The notes under the pieces: model-generated | Seen by the model: only the letters and a program-made list of their open reading frames with translations | The model's database searches: none | What the model was told of the DNA's origin: nothing | From: Vicugna vicugna | Lineage: Eukaryota | Direction of reading: 5' to 3' | NCBI GenBank assembly: GCA_013265495.1 | Contig: MU058198.1 | Location: 3,980,419 to 4,044,418, forward strand | Length of the DNA stretch: 64,000 bases | Made by a program: the position numbers and the translations under genes | In this document: positions 63,186 to 64,000 of the stretch, piece by piece | How the letters are laid out: every line of letters starts with the position of its first letter | How positions within the stretch are numbered: the first letter of the stretch is position 1

Positions 63186-64000
63186 ATTTTATTACGTAAC
63201 CCAAGCGTTGATTAACTTTCTTCCAGTCTTCTAGGATCACCTTCTCTTTTAATAGTTCAGGTCTTTGTTTTTCAAATTGGCCAGTCAGCTGGAAACCCAG
63301 TCCTTCCTCAATATTTCTGATGATTCTTTTGAGATCGGGTTTATATCAGTTTACCCCTTTTTGATTTCCTGATGCTGATTTTTCTCTTCTCTTCTCACTG
63401 TAGTAGAATCTCAATCTTCATAAGTTTTATGACATTTCCCCAAGAACACATCCCATCCTCTCATCTCCCTATGTATCACATCAGCCTTTTCTGTCCTACA
63501 CCATAGGCTCTTCATCTTTTAAACTGAAATTAGTCAGTAAGGTACTTTTCTGAACCAAGAAAGAGTTCCCCTGTGATGAATTTATGCCATTAGAGGGCAG
63601 AAGAAGCTGCAGTTAGTTCTTTAAAATACCAACTCTTTTTTTTTCCCTCTACAACAATTTTAAAATTACAAACCCAACTATTACTCAGGAATACAAATGG
63701 CCAATTAACATTTGAAAAAGACGTCTGTCACTGGTAACAAAAATGCCAATAAAGCAAAGTTCTATTGACCTCAGGTGTTTAGAGTTATCTACAAGTCCAA
63801 GGCCAACCTGATTCCCCATCCTCCCCCCACCTTGATATTTGCACCAGGATTTGTCTATGATGGTTAATTCGCTTTTTCATGACGTTCACCCAGATCATGA
63901 TACCCACTCTCAGTTTGCAGGCTTTAAAATTTTCTATTTTGTTTTTAAACAAAGTCATACATAGTTTAAAAAGTCATACATTTCTTCAAGACTTACCGTC

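Noticed and set aside
1..64000. Prokaryotic-type systems (CRISPR arrays, operons, defence islands)
   Set aside because: The window is mammalian intron/exon DNA; I saw no regular repeat-spacer array, long uninterrupted novel ORF or foreign insert.

Overview
Mammalian genomic DNA, probably camelid, judged from seven tRNA-derived vic-1-like SINEs and no Alu/B1-type SINEs that I could see. Bases 1-27.6 kb are repeat-rich intergenic sequence (MaLR/ERV LTRs, L1/L2/MIR, hAT DNA transposons, an ERVL RT fossil). Bases 27.7-59.2 kb hold the complete RBBP6 gene on the + strand: a CpG-island promoter, a ~1 kb GC-rich 5' leader and 18 coding exons. The exons splice in frame to 5388 nt (1795 aa: DWNN ubiquitin-like domain, zinc knuckle, RING, Pro-rich, RS and Lys-rich regions). 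The known 118-aa intronic-polyadenylation DWNN isoform and a 102-nt cassette exon 16 are both visible. I cannot support a wholly new gene system. The best leads are (i) further ways to truncate the transcript in intron 4 (a second terminal exon with polyA signal, and a poison 3' splice site) in a gene that itself encodes a 3'-end processing factor; (ii) a polyadenylated ERV-LTR retrocopy with TSD in intron 13; (iii) a 23-bp perfect foldback hairpin in intron 10; (iv) a local templated insertion with TSD at 19.7 kb; (v) three uORFs and a G-quadruplex in the leader, and a 12-bp inverted repeat framing the promoter E-box. Repeat family names come from recalled consensus sequences and need RepeatMasker confirmation.
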